A stretch of DNA of 64,000 bases from Azolla caroliniana (GCA_043228905.1 JBHGNT010000003.1:11966001-12030000); one strand, 5' to 3'. Positions 11,942 through 26,152 are shown, counted from the first letter of the stretch. Notes: generated by a model from the sequence alone, not told the origin. Numbers and translations are program-made.

Positions 11942-14900
11942 TGTTAGGAAACAGGTCCCTCCGGATGGGAAGTGAGAAGAACAGTGTTGATGAGCAACTC
12001 AGCCGAGGCCGAATCCGGATGTGGAGTACCCGGCAACGGAAGACCCGGTGAGAATCAGATGTGGAGTACCCGACAACGGAAGACCCGACAAGAGCCGGAT
12101 GGTGAAGGCCCAGTGAGAACCGAATGACGAGTGCCCGGCAAGAGCCGAATGATGCAGGCCCGGTGAGGAGTGCTCACCGGATGAAGGGACATATTCGTAA
12201 ATATGTTTTTGAGAGTCCATTGGGACTATATTTGTAAATAGCCGAAAAGTCATATTAGTATAAATATGACTTAGGGCAAACTTAGTGTAGTAACTGTTGT
12301 CATTCTTGTTGGTGCGAGATTTGAGTGCAACCGTGTACAGAGAGAGAGAGAGAGAGTGAGAGACGAAGAGGACGTTGTCTCTGTTGTAACCACCGCTTGT
12401 GGCGAAGACAGTGAACAAGAGGTCGTTGCCTCTGTGTTCATCTATTGTATATTGTAACATTGTGATAGTTTGCAGTCTATGGACTACCGTAGTTTTTCCC
12501 GTGTTTGGGTTTTCCACGTAAACATCCTGTGTACTCTTCTCTTTATTGTGCCGTGCGTACATTACCCGTTTTCTGTGTTTTATCCTAGACTCGGTTGTGG
12601 CCGAGTGTTGTTTTTAGTTGGGAGTGCGTATTCATTTCAAACTTGTATCAGAGCGAAACGACACAGAAAAATTGACGAATCGTTGGGAGGCATGTTCAAG
12701 CTCACTGTCTCCAATTAGTCAGTGTGGAAGTCGAAGATGAGGGACATGCTCGTGGTTAAAGATCTTTGGTTGCCGATTCAGTTCGGGGACAAGAGACCGG
12801 ACAAAATCGATGCCACGATATGGGAGGTGATGCACATGAAGACAACGGCGTACATACGGTGCTTCATCGACATGAGTCTATACAACAACTTCAATGAAGA
12901 GAGCAAGGCTCATGAGGTCTGGGAGAAGATCGACATTATGTTTCAGAACAAAAATGTTGTTAATCAGGTTTCGGTATTTCGGAAGCTAGTAAGACTCTGG
13001 TACCAAGATGGCTCCAGCATGGCGGAGCACATGAATGCCTTCCAGGGGCTGATCCACCAGGCAACATCATTGGAAGTACCTCTCGCCGATGAGGTACTAC
13101 CACTACTCCTGCTCGGTTCCCTCCCAGATAGCTGGGAGACGTTCGTTGTCACTTTGGGCAACGCCGGGCCGGAAGGGAAACGGTTATCCCTAGCAAGAGT
13201 GAAGTCGAGCTTGCTAGATGAGGAGGCGCGTCGGAAAGATAAGGATACAAGCTTTGATTCCAAAGAGCTCATTACCGAATCGGAACGCGGAAGACAAAGG
13301 AACAGTAGTCCCCAAAACTAGGAGAAGTCGGGGACACGGTCAAAGTCAAGCGGGAGGCCTACCTGCTTCTATTGCGGCAAGCCGGGACACTTCTAGAAGA
13401 ACTGTCAGCACTTCTGAAAAGACAAGGAAACCGATGGTACCAATTCGAAGCGGACACCGGACTGGAACGGTAAAGACCAGAGGGGAACAGACCGGAAGGG
13501 AACGATGGCAATCGCGGCAAGTGAAGAGGAGTTGATGCTCATCACCGAGGAGAGTGAGCTAAACCTTGCCGGCGATGAGATGACCTGGGTGGTCAACTCT
13601 GGAGCCTCGTTCCACCTTACCCCGGACCGGAAATGCTTCTCATCCTACTTAGCCGGTGATCATGGCTGTGTCCGAATGGGGAATGAAGGTACATGCCGAA
13701 TTGTCGGCATAGGAGACATGTGGTTGACAACCCCAACCAGATGCAAGTTGTTGCTGAAGGATGTCCGACACGTTCTGGAGGTTCGACTGAACCTGATATC
13801 AGCTGGTCGGCTAGATGATGAAGGCTACACGGGTAGCATCCGGAATGAAGTCATGAAATTCAGCAAAGGGAGCCTAATTGTGGCTCAGGCCCGGAAGCTC
13901 AACACGTTGTACCTGATGCATGCCCGGTTATGCCCGGAAGAAGTGAATGTGGCATCCGACACTACTGGTGAGTTGTGGCACAAGAGGCTGTGTCACATGA
14001 GCGAGAAGGGGATGAAGAGGCTTGCAGATGACAACCTCATTCCAGTGAAGAATGTCCACTTGGAGAAGTGCACTGATTGTCTGGCCGGTAAACAAAACCA
14101 GACCTCCTTCCGATTGAGGCCACCGATGAGACGTAATGCACCACTGGAGTTGGTGCATACCGAAGTCACATGCTGGATTGCAATACTTCGTGACATTCAT
14201 AGATGACCACAGCCGGAAGTTGTTGGCCACACCATTGAAGACGAAGGATCAGGTGTTATCCGTCTTCAAAGAACTCCACGCGAGAGTGGAAAGAGAAACC
14301 GGCCGGAAGCTGAAGGCGGTTCGAGCAGATAACGGAGATGAATACCGGGGGCAGTTCGAGGAGTACTGTCGCTCGAAGGGAATCCGGCTCGAATTTACCG
14401 TGCCGAAGACGCCGGAACTAAATGAGCTGGCCGAGAGGATGAACCATACCATAATGGAGAGGGTCCGGAGTATGCTGGCACATGCAAAATTACCCAAGAC
14501 GTTTTGGGCTGAGGCGCTGCCGACGGCGACGTACCCTTGGACAGAGACACGCCGCTGAGAGTATGGACCGGCATCTAAAGGTGGTCGGGTTTCTCGCGTA
14601 CGTGCATGTAGCTAAGGACCGGAGAGGAAAGTTAGATCCAAAGACCTGGCCATGCATATTCCTCGGTTACGACGACGATGAGTTCGGCTACCGAGTGTGG
14701 GACCCGGTCGAGAGGAAGGTATTCTGGAGTCGAGATATTATGTTCATGGAGGACAAGATGCTCGCTGATTGGGAGTCGGAGAAGAAGGTAATGAACTCCG
14801 AGTCGACCAGTAAGGATCGATTCTACGGTGAGCAGACCCAACCGGCAAGAGACGAACCGGCAGAAGAAGAAGTAGAGGAAGTTGAAACCGGAACCGGCCA

Positions 14901-17271
14901 AGACCCCGAATCGGATTCGGATGAAGATCAAATAGTGGAGCCGGTTGCCGAAGGCCAAAGACGGAGATATCCTTTCAGAGAGAGAAGGGTCCCCCGAAGA
15001 TTTCCGGATTCAGAGCATGTGCTACTGACCGATGAGGTAGAGCCGGAAAGCTTCGAAGAAGAGAAGGATGACACCCACAACCGCAAATGGTTAAGTGCCA
15101 TGCAGGATGAGATGGATTCCCTGCATGAGAACCATACATACGAATTGGTGGAGTTGCCGAAAGAAAAGCAGGCACTCTGAAATAAGTGGGTGTACAAGTT
15201 GAAACCGGGAGATTCCGGCAACCCCCCGAGACACAAAGCCAAGATCGTGGTGAAGGGGTTCCAGCAGAAGAAGGGTGTGGACTTCGACGAGATATTTGCC
15301 CCGGTAGTAGAGATGACCTCCATCCGGACGGTGCTGAGTATAGCGGCAAGCATGGATCTCGAGGTAGAGTAGCTGGATGTCAAGACGACATTCCTTCACG
15401 GTGACCTCGAAGAGGAGATTTACATGCACCAACCGGAAGGATTCGTGGAGAAAGGGAAGGAGCACCTAGTTTGCCAGTTGAAGAAGAGCCTATACGGATT
15501 GAAGCAGGCTCCCCGACAATGGTACCGGAAGTTCGACTCCTTCATGACCGATCAAGGGTACCACAAGACGCAAGCCGATCACTGCGTGTTTGTGAAGAAG
15601 TTCGAAGGACGCGACTTCCTCATACTCCTTATGTACGTGGACGACATGTTAATCATCGGACAGGACCAAGCCAAAATACGGATGCTGAAGAAGGCTCTCA
15701 ACCAGACCTTCTCAATGAAAGACTTGGGTCCGACAAGACAAATGCTGGGGATGCATATTATCCGGGACCGGTCAGCGAAGCAATTGTGGTTGTCACAGGA
15801 GAAGTACGTGACAAAGGTGCTTTAGCGGTTCAACATGTCAGATGCGAAACCGGTCGGATCGACACTTCCGGCAAACTATAGGTTATCCGGTAAGCAAAGC
15901 CCGAAGACGAAAGTAGAGAAGGCGGATATGATGAAGGTTCCATATGCCTCTGCCGTCAGGAGCTTGATGTACGCAATGGTGTGGTGAGCTGGATATTGGA
16001 TACGCAATCGGAGTGGTGAGCCGGTTTATGAGCAATCCCGGCAAGGAGCAGTGGAACGCGGTCAATGGATACTCTGGTACTTGAAGGGCACTTCAAATAT
16101 GTGTCTCTGATTCGGCTCTGGTAAACCTCAACTTGACGGTTTTACCGATTCGGACATGTCGGCTGATGTGGATACTAGCCGGTCTACAGCCAGGTATGTG
16201 ATGACATATGCAGGGGAAGCTGTTTCGTGGCAATCGAGGCTGAAGAAGACGGTTGCATTGTCAACCACGGAGGCGGAGTAAATGGCGGCTGTGGAAGCCG
16301 GCAAGGAAATACTATGGATGAAGGACTTCATCGCAAAGCTCGGTATCCGGCAAGATGAATACCGGCTCTATTGCGATAATCAAAGTGCCATCGACCTTGC
16401 CAAGAACGCAGCGTACCATTCCAGGACGAAGCACATCCAGCGTAGGTATCACTAGATCCGGGAGCGAGTAGAAGATCGAGAGTTCGTGCTGACGAAGATG
16501 CACACGAACGAGAACGGGTCAGATATGCTAACCAAAGTGTTGATACCCAACAAGCTGGATGCATGTCGGAAGCGGATCGGACTAGTAAGACATCCCATGC
16601 CGGAGTGAAGGGGGAGTTTGTTAGGAAATAGGTCCCTCCGGATGGGAAGTGAGAAGAACAGTGTTGATGAGCAACTCGGCCGAGGCCGAATCCGGATGTG
16701 GAGTACGCGGCAACGGAAGACCCGACAAGAGCCGGATGGTGAAGGCCCGGTGAGAACTGGATGACGAGTGCTCGGCAAGAGCCGGATGATGCAGGCCCGG
16801 TGAGGAGTGCTCACCGAATGAAGGGACATATTCGTAAATATGTTTCTGAGAGTCCATTGGGGCTATATTTGTAAATAGCCAAAAAGTCATATTAGTATAA
16901 ATATAACTTAGTGTAGTAACTGTTATCATTCTTGTTGGTGCGAGATTTGAGTGCAATCGTGTACAAAGAGAGAGAGAGAGAGAGAGAGTGAGAGACAAAG
17001 AGGACGTTGTCTCTGTTGTAACCGCCGCTTGTGGCGAAGACAGTGAACAAGAGGTCGTTGCCTCTGTGTTCATCTATTGTATATTGTAACATAGTGATAG
17101 TTTGCAGTCTGTGGACTGCCGTGGTTTTTCCCGTGTTTGGGTTTTCCATGTAAACATCCTCTGTACTCTTCTCTTTATTGTGTCATGCGTACATTACCCG
17201 TTTTTTGTGTTTGATCCTAGACTCGGTTGTGGCCGAGCGTTGTTTTTAGTTGGGAGCACGTATTCCTTTCA
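11942..17271 (+). mobile_element. Degenerate full-length Ty1/Copia element
   Basis: LTRs 11942-12639 and 16619-17271; PBS-like TGTATCAGAGC at ~12644; PPT GAAGGGGGAG; TSD GAATC/TAATC (empty site GAATCAAG at ~47071). Gag-PR-IN-RT(YVDD)-RH broken by stops and frameshifts. Confidence 0.92.
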
Positions 17272-19930
17272 TAATCAAGTTTCTTACTCTCAAATGTTAT
17301 TGGTTTACTATCTTCATATAAGACAGAGCCTATAGCGTAATCGCTTACATCGGTTTTAACCTCAAAAGGTTTTGAAGGATCGGGTAAAAGAAGTGAAGGA
17401 GCCTTGCATACCAGGTCCTTGAGTTCCCTAAGGGTGATGTCTAGTGTAGCATTCCACACAATAGGTTTTGTAGACTTACACGTTTGGCCTTTTAGAAGAT
17501 CAATAAACGACGTCGTCAATTGGGATTTTCGTAAAAACACGACAAAACCAAGGAATGATCGAACTTCTCGAATATTGCGAGGAGTAGGCCAAAGCATGAT
17601 TTTCTCAATGCGAGAAGGATCAATTTCAACTCCTCATTCGGTTATGAGATGTCCAAGATAAGTAATTGATTTCTTTGAACTCACCTTTTGAGATCTTCGC
17701 AATGTTTGTAAAACAAAGCGGACATGTTTAGCATTTCTTGTAATGTACGGCTATAAACTAAAATATCTCGAAAAAGGTCATTAATTTCTTGTTGAAATAT
17801 AGCCAGAGCATTGGTCAAACCAAAAGGCATAACCAAAAACTAATAATGGCCATAGCGCATACGAAATGCCGTTTTAGGAACATCGTCCTCACTTATACGA
17901 ATTTGATGGTAGCCAATACGGAGATCAAGATTTGTAAAATACCGTGCTCCCTGGAGACAGTCAATTAGATCGTCAGCCCGGGGCAATGGATACGAATTCT
18001 TGATCGTCACTTTATTCAAGCGTCGGTAATTAATACACATACGCCATGTGCCCTTTTTCTTTTTAACCAAGAGAACTGGTGCACCCCATGGAGATTTACT
18101 ATAACGTATATAACCCATTCGTAAATAGTCCTTGAGTTGCTTAGATACACCATCCTCTTCGGATCAACTTAAGCGATAAGGAGGTATACTTATTGGTGCA
18201 ACACCAGGTACAATATCTATACGATGGTCTATATTACATTTAGGAGCTAACCCATCTAGTAGTTCACTCGGAAAAACATCACGAAAATCATTTAAGATTT
18301 CATCAAGTTGTTTTTGTTCAAAATATGTTAATTGAACCGAGACATTATCGATATTGTAAACGTGAATGCCCGGATCAAGTACACAATAAAATAAAGTAGA
18401 ACAAGACAACTCGGAAATTAATGGAGAGGAAACAATCGAGAGGGATTGTTTTTTTGCACATTGAATAAAATGAGTACAATCGTTCAGTACAAAAGTTATT
18501 GAATGATGAACCCAATCAATAGATAAAGAAGAGTTTTTATTATAAAACCAGGGATAACCCAGTATTACAACAGTGGTACAAAGATTCATTACATGGAAGT
18601 CTACTTCCTCTATATAAGTATCAATAGAAATTCCTAATGAATGAATCGCCCTGTTGATGTATTGTACTCTTCCATCAGCCAAGTGCACCCTATAGGTCTG
18701 ATCATTCATGGAGGGTTGGATTCCCCATATCTAAACCAAACAATCATTCACAAAATTGTGTGAGCTTCCCAAATCACACAAACATTGTGCGGGAGATGCA
18801 TTGATATACCCGTTTGCATGTAGTAAATCATTGGGACCCAATACATAGTGAGGGAAAGAACATTGACAATTACTTAAATGATGTGTATAGACTTAAAGGA
18901 CGTTAGGAATGTGACCTTTATGGTCTGTAGCTTTTGCTTTGTTGTCGTGCCCTTTCCATTGGAGCTTTCGACATTGTTCTTTTGTATGACCATTCTTTTT
19001 GGAGAACACGCAAAAAGGATGTCGTCGCTTACAATCGCGATCCATGAATTCGTTGGGTGTCTTGCGTTTCCCAACGAATTGCGACTACATAGTCCCGGGC
19101 GCTTCGTTGGGTTTATTGTGGTCCTTCTTCGAAGTGCGTTGATAGCGTAGAGCTATTTCAACGGCCTCTTCGAAGGATTTTGGATCCTTATTGTGCACTA
19201 TCCAGTGATAGTCCAAATTGGGGATGCCATTGACAAAACAAGCTATTAACCAATTGTCCCCTTCTAGACCCGATTTTTGGATTTGGGTTCTAGCATGGTG
19301 GACATAGTCTTCTAGCGAAGAAAACTTCCTGCTAGAAAGGTTCATTAAAGTTTGATCTGCCTCGGTTTGAGAGGGAGGTTGTAGAAATTGGCCTTTAAAA
19401 ACTGTGACAAAATCTGTCTAGGTATCGGGCAATTTCCCCAAAGTTCGGAGCCCACGCCACCCGGCTGCGGCCTTACCCCCTAGTTCTCGGCTGACATATG
19501 CAATCTTCGTACTATCTAGCATGGGATAGAGCTCAAAATGAGACTCCCATCGGCCCAACCATGTGGAGATTGCTTCTTCGGTTCTTTCCTTTTTTTCTCC
19601 TATAAATGGCTTAATGACAAACGATGGTTCACCCTGTCACTCATCAGGTCTATTAGTCTCACATTGTAAACTAATGACACGTGCCTCGAGTGCACCATGA
19701 GATTGCCGAAGTTTGGTCATCTGTTGAGCGGTGAAACTAAGGTATTGGCTTATTTGTTAAAAATACATCTCAATGGACATTTGTCTAGGAGGATTTCCTT
19801 AAGTTCTGTCGGCTTGAGTGGATGACATCGGGTCATTATTTTGAGCCATTGAACATTTATTTCCGGCAAACAAATAGGATAAGGTTAGACAAATAGTCAT
19901 AACATCATGTCGTGATGTAAACATATTATG
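17272..19930 (-). pseudogene. Chromovirus copy 1: degenerate gag, protease, RT, RNase H
   Basis: Fragments [13 protein letters not shown]...[10 protein letters not shown] (RT), FEVKTDVSDYAIG (RNase H) and a gag fragment at 19085..19345; colinear with 47070-49700. Confidence 0.88.
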
Positions 19931-21167
19931 GGCAAACATTAATCGATATCATGAGCTCACGTCAATACCCCTCTAGACGTATGAGATGAGGTTCAAGATC
20001 AGGTTACTATGGTAACACAAAGGTGATTTAAAAACCATGGGGGTGACAAATAAATTTCTTTCCCTGATCTCCGAGGCTCCTTGAGGCTCCCCAAGCCTCA
20101 ACCATGTGTGTTCGCGTCATGAATAGTTTATACACGAAAAAAATGTTAACAATAAACTATGGTTCAGTGCCCACATATGTGGTTTCGGCTCTTTAAGTCC
20201 TATTACGAGGACCCCGAAGTGCAATTAGACCTCATTTCTAAACATATGTTATAATCATATGTATCAACGTTGTTGTATGGTCTTGGTTATATTTGAACTC
20301 GAGACCTTGAGAACAAATGCGTTAAACACTTGAGCTAACCAATTAGGTTGCTCTTTTTGAATGTTTAATGTTTCATGGGTATAAGAGATATGCAAGGCAT
20401 TTGCCCATATATTTTTCTTTAAAAGAAACATATATGTCAAGAGTCCTTATTTCCCCCTCGTTTACCACAAATTTTGTTGGTACTTACCTAACCTCAAGTC
20501 TTGTAATTACGATGGCATACACTAAAGTGCAACCTAATGGTCAAGCCAAATGAGCCATCTTTTCGTAGAAGGCCCATGTGGGCCATCACATGGTTACGTC
20601 ATTACGAATGCCTTTCGTAAGAATGATCTCATGGTGGCATCGTATCCATGTAATAAGGGAGGGATGTTGGATATGTGTGTCATAGGAGCAACCTCACCTG
20701 AAGTGGGTTAAGCCCTATGTACTCAACACCATGGTGGCTATGATTATTTTATTACGTAATGAAATATCGAAGTGACCAACAGAGATGCAACAAAAAATTG
20801 TTTAAAAAGGGATGGTGAAAATGCCATTCTCACAAAAATGTGAGGATGGCCACCAAGATCCTTTTCCCGACAAGGACAACATTTGATAGAAATCACGTAA
20901 TATCAAATATACACATGGGTAAAAGCATGCGAGTGGAAACACTATTATAGCTAATTAGCTACTAAAATGGCCATAGCTAATTAGCTATTTGTTTAGCTAG
21001 TCTTTCTTGTGGGAAAATCAAATATTTGAAAAACTAATTTATGAAAAAACTCAAATATTTGAACTTCTGTTTCAGACGTAGTGGAACTTGGGGAATATCA
21101 CCATCATCTAAGGTCGACTTCAATGTCATCAATTTCCTGTTTAGCCTAAGTCTGATTTTGAACGCAG

Positions 21168-24100
21168 ATGGAGTACTCAGAGCACGAACGCAGACGTAGC
21201 TCCCGCAACAGCAAAAAATCGACATTGCAGATTGAGAGCTACAACACAGAACCCGCTCGATCATCGTCCAGGTATGTTTCAGTTACAGAAACCCCAAACA
21301 TTTGTTTTTTCTTTTTGACTACTGTCTGAACTTTGGTGCCGATTCATATTTCCCCAAAATCGAATAGGGCGAAGTCCTTGGAGTCCCATACAAGGATGTC
21401 TCGCAAATCGGGGAGTAGCAACAGGTGTGTTTATATTACTTTTTTTGTGTTTAATCCTGTCTTTAGTGATTAGGGTTTGTGATTGAAATTTCTGATTAGG
21501 GTTTGTGATTGAAATTTCTGATTAGGGTTTTTGATTATAAATTTCTGATTAGAATTTCTGAATAGGGTTTCTGGTCACAAATTTTGATTACAAATTAGAA
21601 TTTCTGAATAGGGTTTTTGTTTATAAATTTCTGCTTAGGATTTCTGATTAGGGTTTGTGATTGAAATTTTTTATTAGGGTTTCTGATTGAAATTTCTGAT
21701 TAGGGTTTTTGATTATAAATTTCTGATTAGAATTTCTGAATAAGGTTTCTGGTTACAAACTTCTGATTACAGATTTTGATTAGGGTTTCTGATTTCAAAC
21801 TTCTGATTACAGATTTTGATTAGGGTTTCTGATTTCAAATTTCTGAATACAAATTATGATTAGGGTTTCTGATTTGCTAAGTTAAAGATTTTGCACCATT
21901 TTTGTTGTTGTTGATTGGGGTTTTTGATTCTCACATATTCTGATTTTGCACTATTTCTGATTTCTGAAATGATATTTCAGATGGCTCGTTCCTCCGTATA
22001 CGAGAGTGCTAAACTTCGCAAAATTTTGCGAGACAAAGGAGGACTTCCACAACACCTATGGTCTGTCACTCGAGGGTGTTGACCCTGCTGTCCTAAGTGA
22101 TAAATTGATCAGTGATATAGACTGGATGACAGTATATACAGTGCCTAGAGTCAAAGGCAAGGTCAAGCTGAAGCATGTACGAGCCGACTTGTATGATGAC
22201 TGCATGAGACTGCACCAGAAAGTTCATCAGGAGATCCCAGTCAACAATGAGTTGTCAGTTTCATTTGCTAGAGCATTTGCATATGAGTACTGCAAAACAG
22301 CGAAGGAATCTAGAGACCCTGAAATGTATAGGGTAGCTTGGGCAGTCTATGGTGAGGCATCGGTAAAAAGATGCCGAAAGATGGGGACCTTGGCACAAAA
22401 AATAGACAGATTTTGGAGCATGGCAGCTGTTGATGCAACTGCCGACTCCCAGCAAGACCGGGGGCATACACCACACCGACACCCAAGGAAAGCCAATGTC
22501 GATGATACAGGTGAGACATTGGTTAGCTATATGCTAAAAAATGTCCATGAAGCCTGTGAGACATTGGCATTTTTTAAGACTGATTTAGAGAAAGCCACAA
22601 TGGCTTCTGCAATGGAGAGCAAAGTTACTTCTGCTGTTACAACAATTAGAAATAAGATTCAGGTAACTATTGTTTTCCTGGTATGTGATTGTGTTATAAA
22701 TAACGGGTAAAATGTGCTAATCAAGCATTATCTGGAATAGGTTGCGCAACAGGAGCTTGAATTAGAGGGGCCACTGGATCCCCAGCGTAAAATAGAACTG
22801 CAAATAGAGATCCAGGTTCTTTCAATGAACCTGGACCTTCTAGGTGTAAATACTGTTGCAGATTACAATTTGGATAAGCTTCAAGTAAGTTAACGATTCC
22901 TGAGCAAAGTTGGTGTATCTTTCAACAACAAGAATAATTAATCGGTAAATTTCTCTGTTGCGTTGAAGGAACAATACATTCATCAAGAACAGGTAGTTAG
23001 CTGCCTTAAGAAGAAGCTACATTTTGTGGAGGGAATGGTAAGGACCAGACAGGATTTGGACCTGAACATTCTTGCTCCCTTACCAAATGAAGTAGAACCA
23101 GAAAATGATTTATTGACAGTTCAAGCACGTTGCATCGCTTGCGGGTTAGGTGTGGAGGACAAAACTGCGTCTTTGTTGGTTCACCTACAACCATGCAACC
23201 ACACATACCATCTGCTTTGTTTTCAACATGCCTGTCGAATTGCTACATTCTGTTTGGGAGATTGCAGTACAACTCTACCAAATGAGTGGAGAAAACAAAC
23301 AGGTATACCATACTGTAGCTAATAAGCTTAGTCTTTTCTAATTAGCTATCCTACTAGCTAATTAGCTACTGGCAGCTAATGAGCTACTAGCTAATTAGCT
23401 ATCCTAGTAGCTAATTAGCTATCCTAGTAGCTAATTAGCTATGGTACTAGCTAATTAGCTAGTACCATAGTTGTGTAAAAAAGCTAAATAGCTATCCTAC
23501 TAGCTAATTAGCCACTGGCAACTAATTAGCTATCCTAGTAACTAATTAGCTACTGCCATAGTTGTGTAAAGTAGCTAATAAGCTATCCTAGTAGCTAGTT
23601 AGCTATGGTACTAGCTAATTAGCTAGTACCATAGTTGTGTAAAAAAGCTAATTAGCTATCCTACTAGCTAATTAGCTACTGGCAACTAATTAGCTATCCT
23701 ACTAGCTAATTAGCTATCCTACTAGCTAATTAGCTATCATAGTAGCTAATTAGCTACTGACATAGTTGTGTAAAGTAGCTAATAAGCTATCCTAGTAGCT
23801 AGTTAGCTATGGTACTAGCTAATAAGCTAGTACCATAGTTGTGTAAAAAAGCTAATTAGCTATCCTACTAGCTAATTAGCTACTGGCAACTAATTAGCTA
23901 TCCTACTAGCTAATTAGCTATCATAGTAGCTAATTAGCTACTGACATAGTTGTGTAAAGTAGCTAATAAGCTATCCTAGTAGCTAATTAGCTACTGGCAG
24001 CTAATTAGCTATCCTAGTAGCTAATTAGCTACTGGCAGCTAATTAGTTGTCCTAGTAGCTAATAAGCTATCCTAGCTACTACATAGTTGAGAAAGTAGCT

Positions 24101-25516
24101 AATTAGCTTTCATTGTAGCTAATTAGCTATCCTAGCTACCACCATAGTTAGTAAAGTAGCTAATTAGCTATCCTAGCTACTACCATAGTTAGTAAAGTAG
24201 CTAATTAGCTATCCTAGTAGGTAATTAGCTATAGTACTAGCTAATTAGCTAGTACTATAGTTGTGTAAAAAAGCTAATTAGGTATCCTACTAGCTAATTA
24301 GCCACTGGCAACTAATTAGCTATCCTAGTAACTAATTAGCTACTGCCATAGTTGTGTAAAGTAGCTAATAAGCTATCCTAGTAGCTAATTAGCTACTAGC
24401 AGCTAATTAGCTATCCTAGTAGCTAATTAGCTATCCTACTAGCTAATTAGCTACTACCATAGTTGAGTAAACTACCTAATTAGCTATCCTACTAGCTAAT
24501 TAGCTACTACCATAGTTGAGTAAAGTACCTAATTAGCTATCCTACTAGCTAATTAGCTACTGGCAACTAATTAGCTATCCTAGTAGCTAATTAGCTATCC
24601 TACTAGCTAATTAGCTGCTGGCAACTAATTAGCTATCCTACTAGCGAATTAGCTATCCTAGCGAATTAGCTATCCTAGCGAATTAGCTATCCTAGTAGCT
24701 ACTGCCATAGTTGTGTAAAGTAGCTAATAAGCTATCCTAGTAGCTAATTAGCTACTGGCAGCTAATTAGCTATCCTAGTAGCTAATTAGCTACTGGCAGC
24801 TAATTAGCTGTCCTAGTAGCTAATTAGCTACTGGCAGCTAATTAGCTGTCCTAGTAGCTAATAAGCTATCCTAACTACTACCATAGTTGAGTAAAGTACC
24901 TAATTAGCTATCCTAACTACTACCATAGTTGAGTAAAGTACCTAATTAGCTATCATACTAGCTAATTAGCTATCGTACTAGCTAATTAGCTATCCTAGCT
25001 TCTACCATAGTTTAGTAAAGTAGCTAATTAGCTATCCTAAATAACTGTCATGTTATTGTAGAATCTTGTGGATTAAGGACGGCACATGATGTGTCTGGTG
25101 CTGATGATGCTGCAACAGATGAGGATACTACTGCCAATGTGGCTGAAAGTAAGAGTCCTGCTATCACATCTCCTTCAGATCAGCTGCACCCTATTCTTTT
25201 GGAACAGTGTACTGAATTAGGCAACGATGTGAAATGCCATGAAATAGTGGAAACAACATGTAAAACTGAGGTTCACAACAACAGTGTTTATGAACACTTG
25301 ATGCAACATTTCTTCGAGTCTCAAGACCTTGATTCCACCCCACCGAGCCCAACTACTGAAAATGTCCAAACAGATCCCTCTGCCCAACTAGGTGCATGGT
25401 TGTGGACTCCATACCGAGCTCAATATGCGGATAATATATGTAGACTCGTTCCACTGACTAGCAAGAGCTTAGCTGTTTATAGGGGATTTGTAGACATTTC
25501 CAATGGTAATTTATAA
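21168..25516 (+). CDS. Transposon accessory gene, predicted 6 exons, ~591 aa, coiled-coil plus RING-H2-like zinc finger
   Basis: Exons 21168-21271, 21368-21424, 21981-22662, 22741-22884, 22969-23302, 25062-25516; all GT-AG and phase-compatible (1776 nt, no internal stop). Exon 5 has CIAC-x17-CNH-x2-H-x2-C-x10-C-x3-C. The 3' end could be spliced further. Confidence 0.75.
21468..21875 (+). repeat. Intronic 13/26-bp tandem array containing telo-box-like TTAGGGTTT
   Basis: Units such as GATTAGGGTTTGT/GATTGAAATTTCT repeated with variants inside predicted intron 21425-21980. Confidence 0.85.
23315..25040. repeat. Palindromic TAGCTAATTAGCTA ~20-bp satellite array 1 (intron 5 of the accessory gene)
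   Basis: Dozens of GTAGCTAATTAGCTATCCTA-type units punctuated by CATAGTTGTGTAAA landmarks; inside predicted intron 23303-25061. Confidence 0.95.
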
Positions 25517-25646
25517 ATATGTAAAGAGATGACATTATTCAATGAAGAATTTAATTACTTGTTCCCACTGTACTTATCTACTGTGTAATTTGAGGAATAT
25601 GTTGCAGATTGTTGATTTCATTCTATTGATGACTATTTAGCTATTG

Positions 25647-26152
25647 ACAGCTAATTAGGTGCATTTGTACAGCTAATTAGCTACTGATGACTATTTCGCT
25701 ATAACTTATAACTTAAAACTTAACAAAAAAGACATGATTTTATTGAGAAAGAAGCACAGAAAGCAGACTGTATACAAGAAATTGATTCCAAACGAATTTA
25801 TTGATCTGTTTTCGCGAAATACATGTTTGTTTTACAAGAGAACATGGTAAGTGCTACTTGTAGCTACAAATTCCATGGCATACTATTGTAAATACATTTG
25901 TACAGCTAATTAGGTGCATTTGTACAGCTAATTAGCTACTGATGACTATTTCGCTATAACTTATAACTTAAAACTTAACAAAAAAGACATGATTTTATTG
26001 AGAAAGAAGCACAGAAAGCAGACTGTATACAAGAAATTGATTCCAAACGAATTTATTGATCTGTTTTCGCGAAATACATGTTTGTTTTACAAGAGAACAT
26101 GGTAAGTGCTACTTGTAGCTACAAATTCCATGGCATACTATTGTAAATACAT
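25647..26152. repeat. 255-bp direct tandem duplication of the transposase 3' end/UTR
   Basis: ACAGCTAATTAGGTGCATT...TACTATTGTAAATACATT starts at 25647 and again at 25902, essentially identical. Confidence 0.9.

Noticed and set aside
21468-21875. True or interstitial telomere
   Set aside because: TTAGGG motifs are separated by 7-20 bp of other sequence and lie in a predicted intron; not a pure (TTTAGGG)n tract.
21168-25516. Resident host RING gene
   Set aside because: It lies within TIRs and a TSD inside a retrotransposon leader, and the paralogous empty site lacks it, so it arrived with the transposon.
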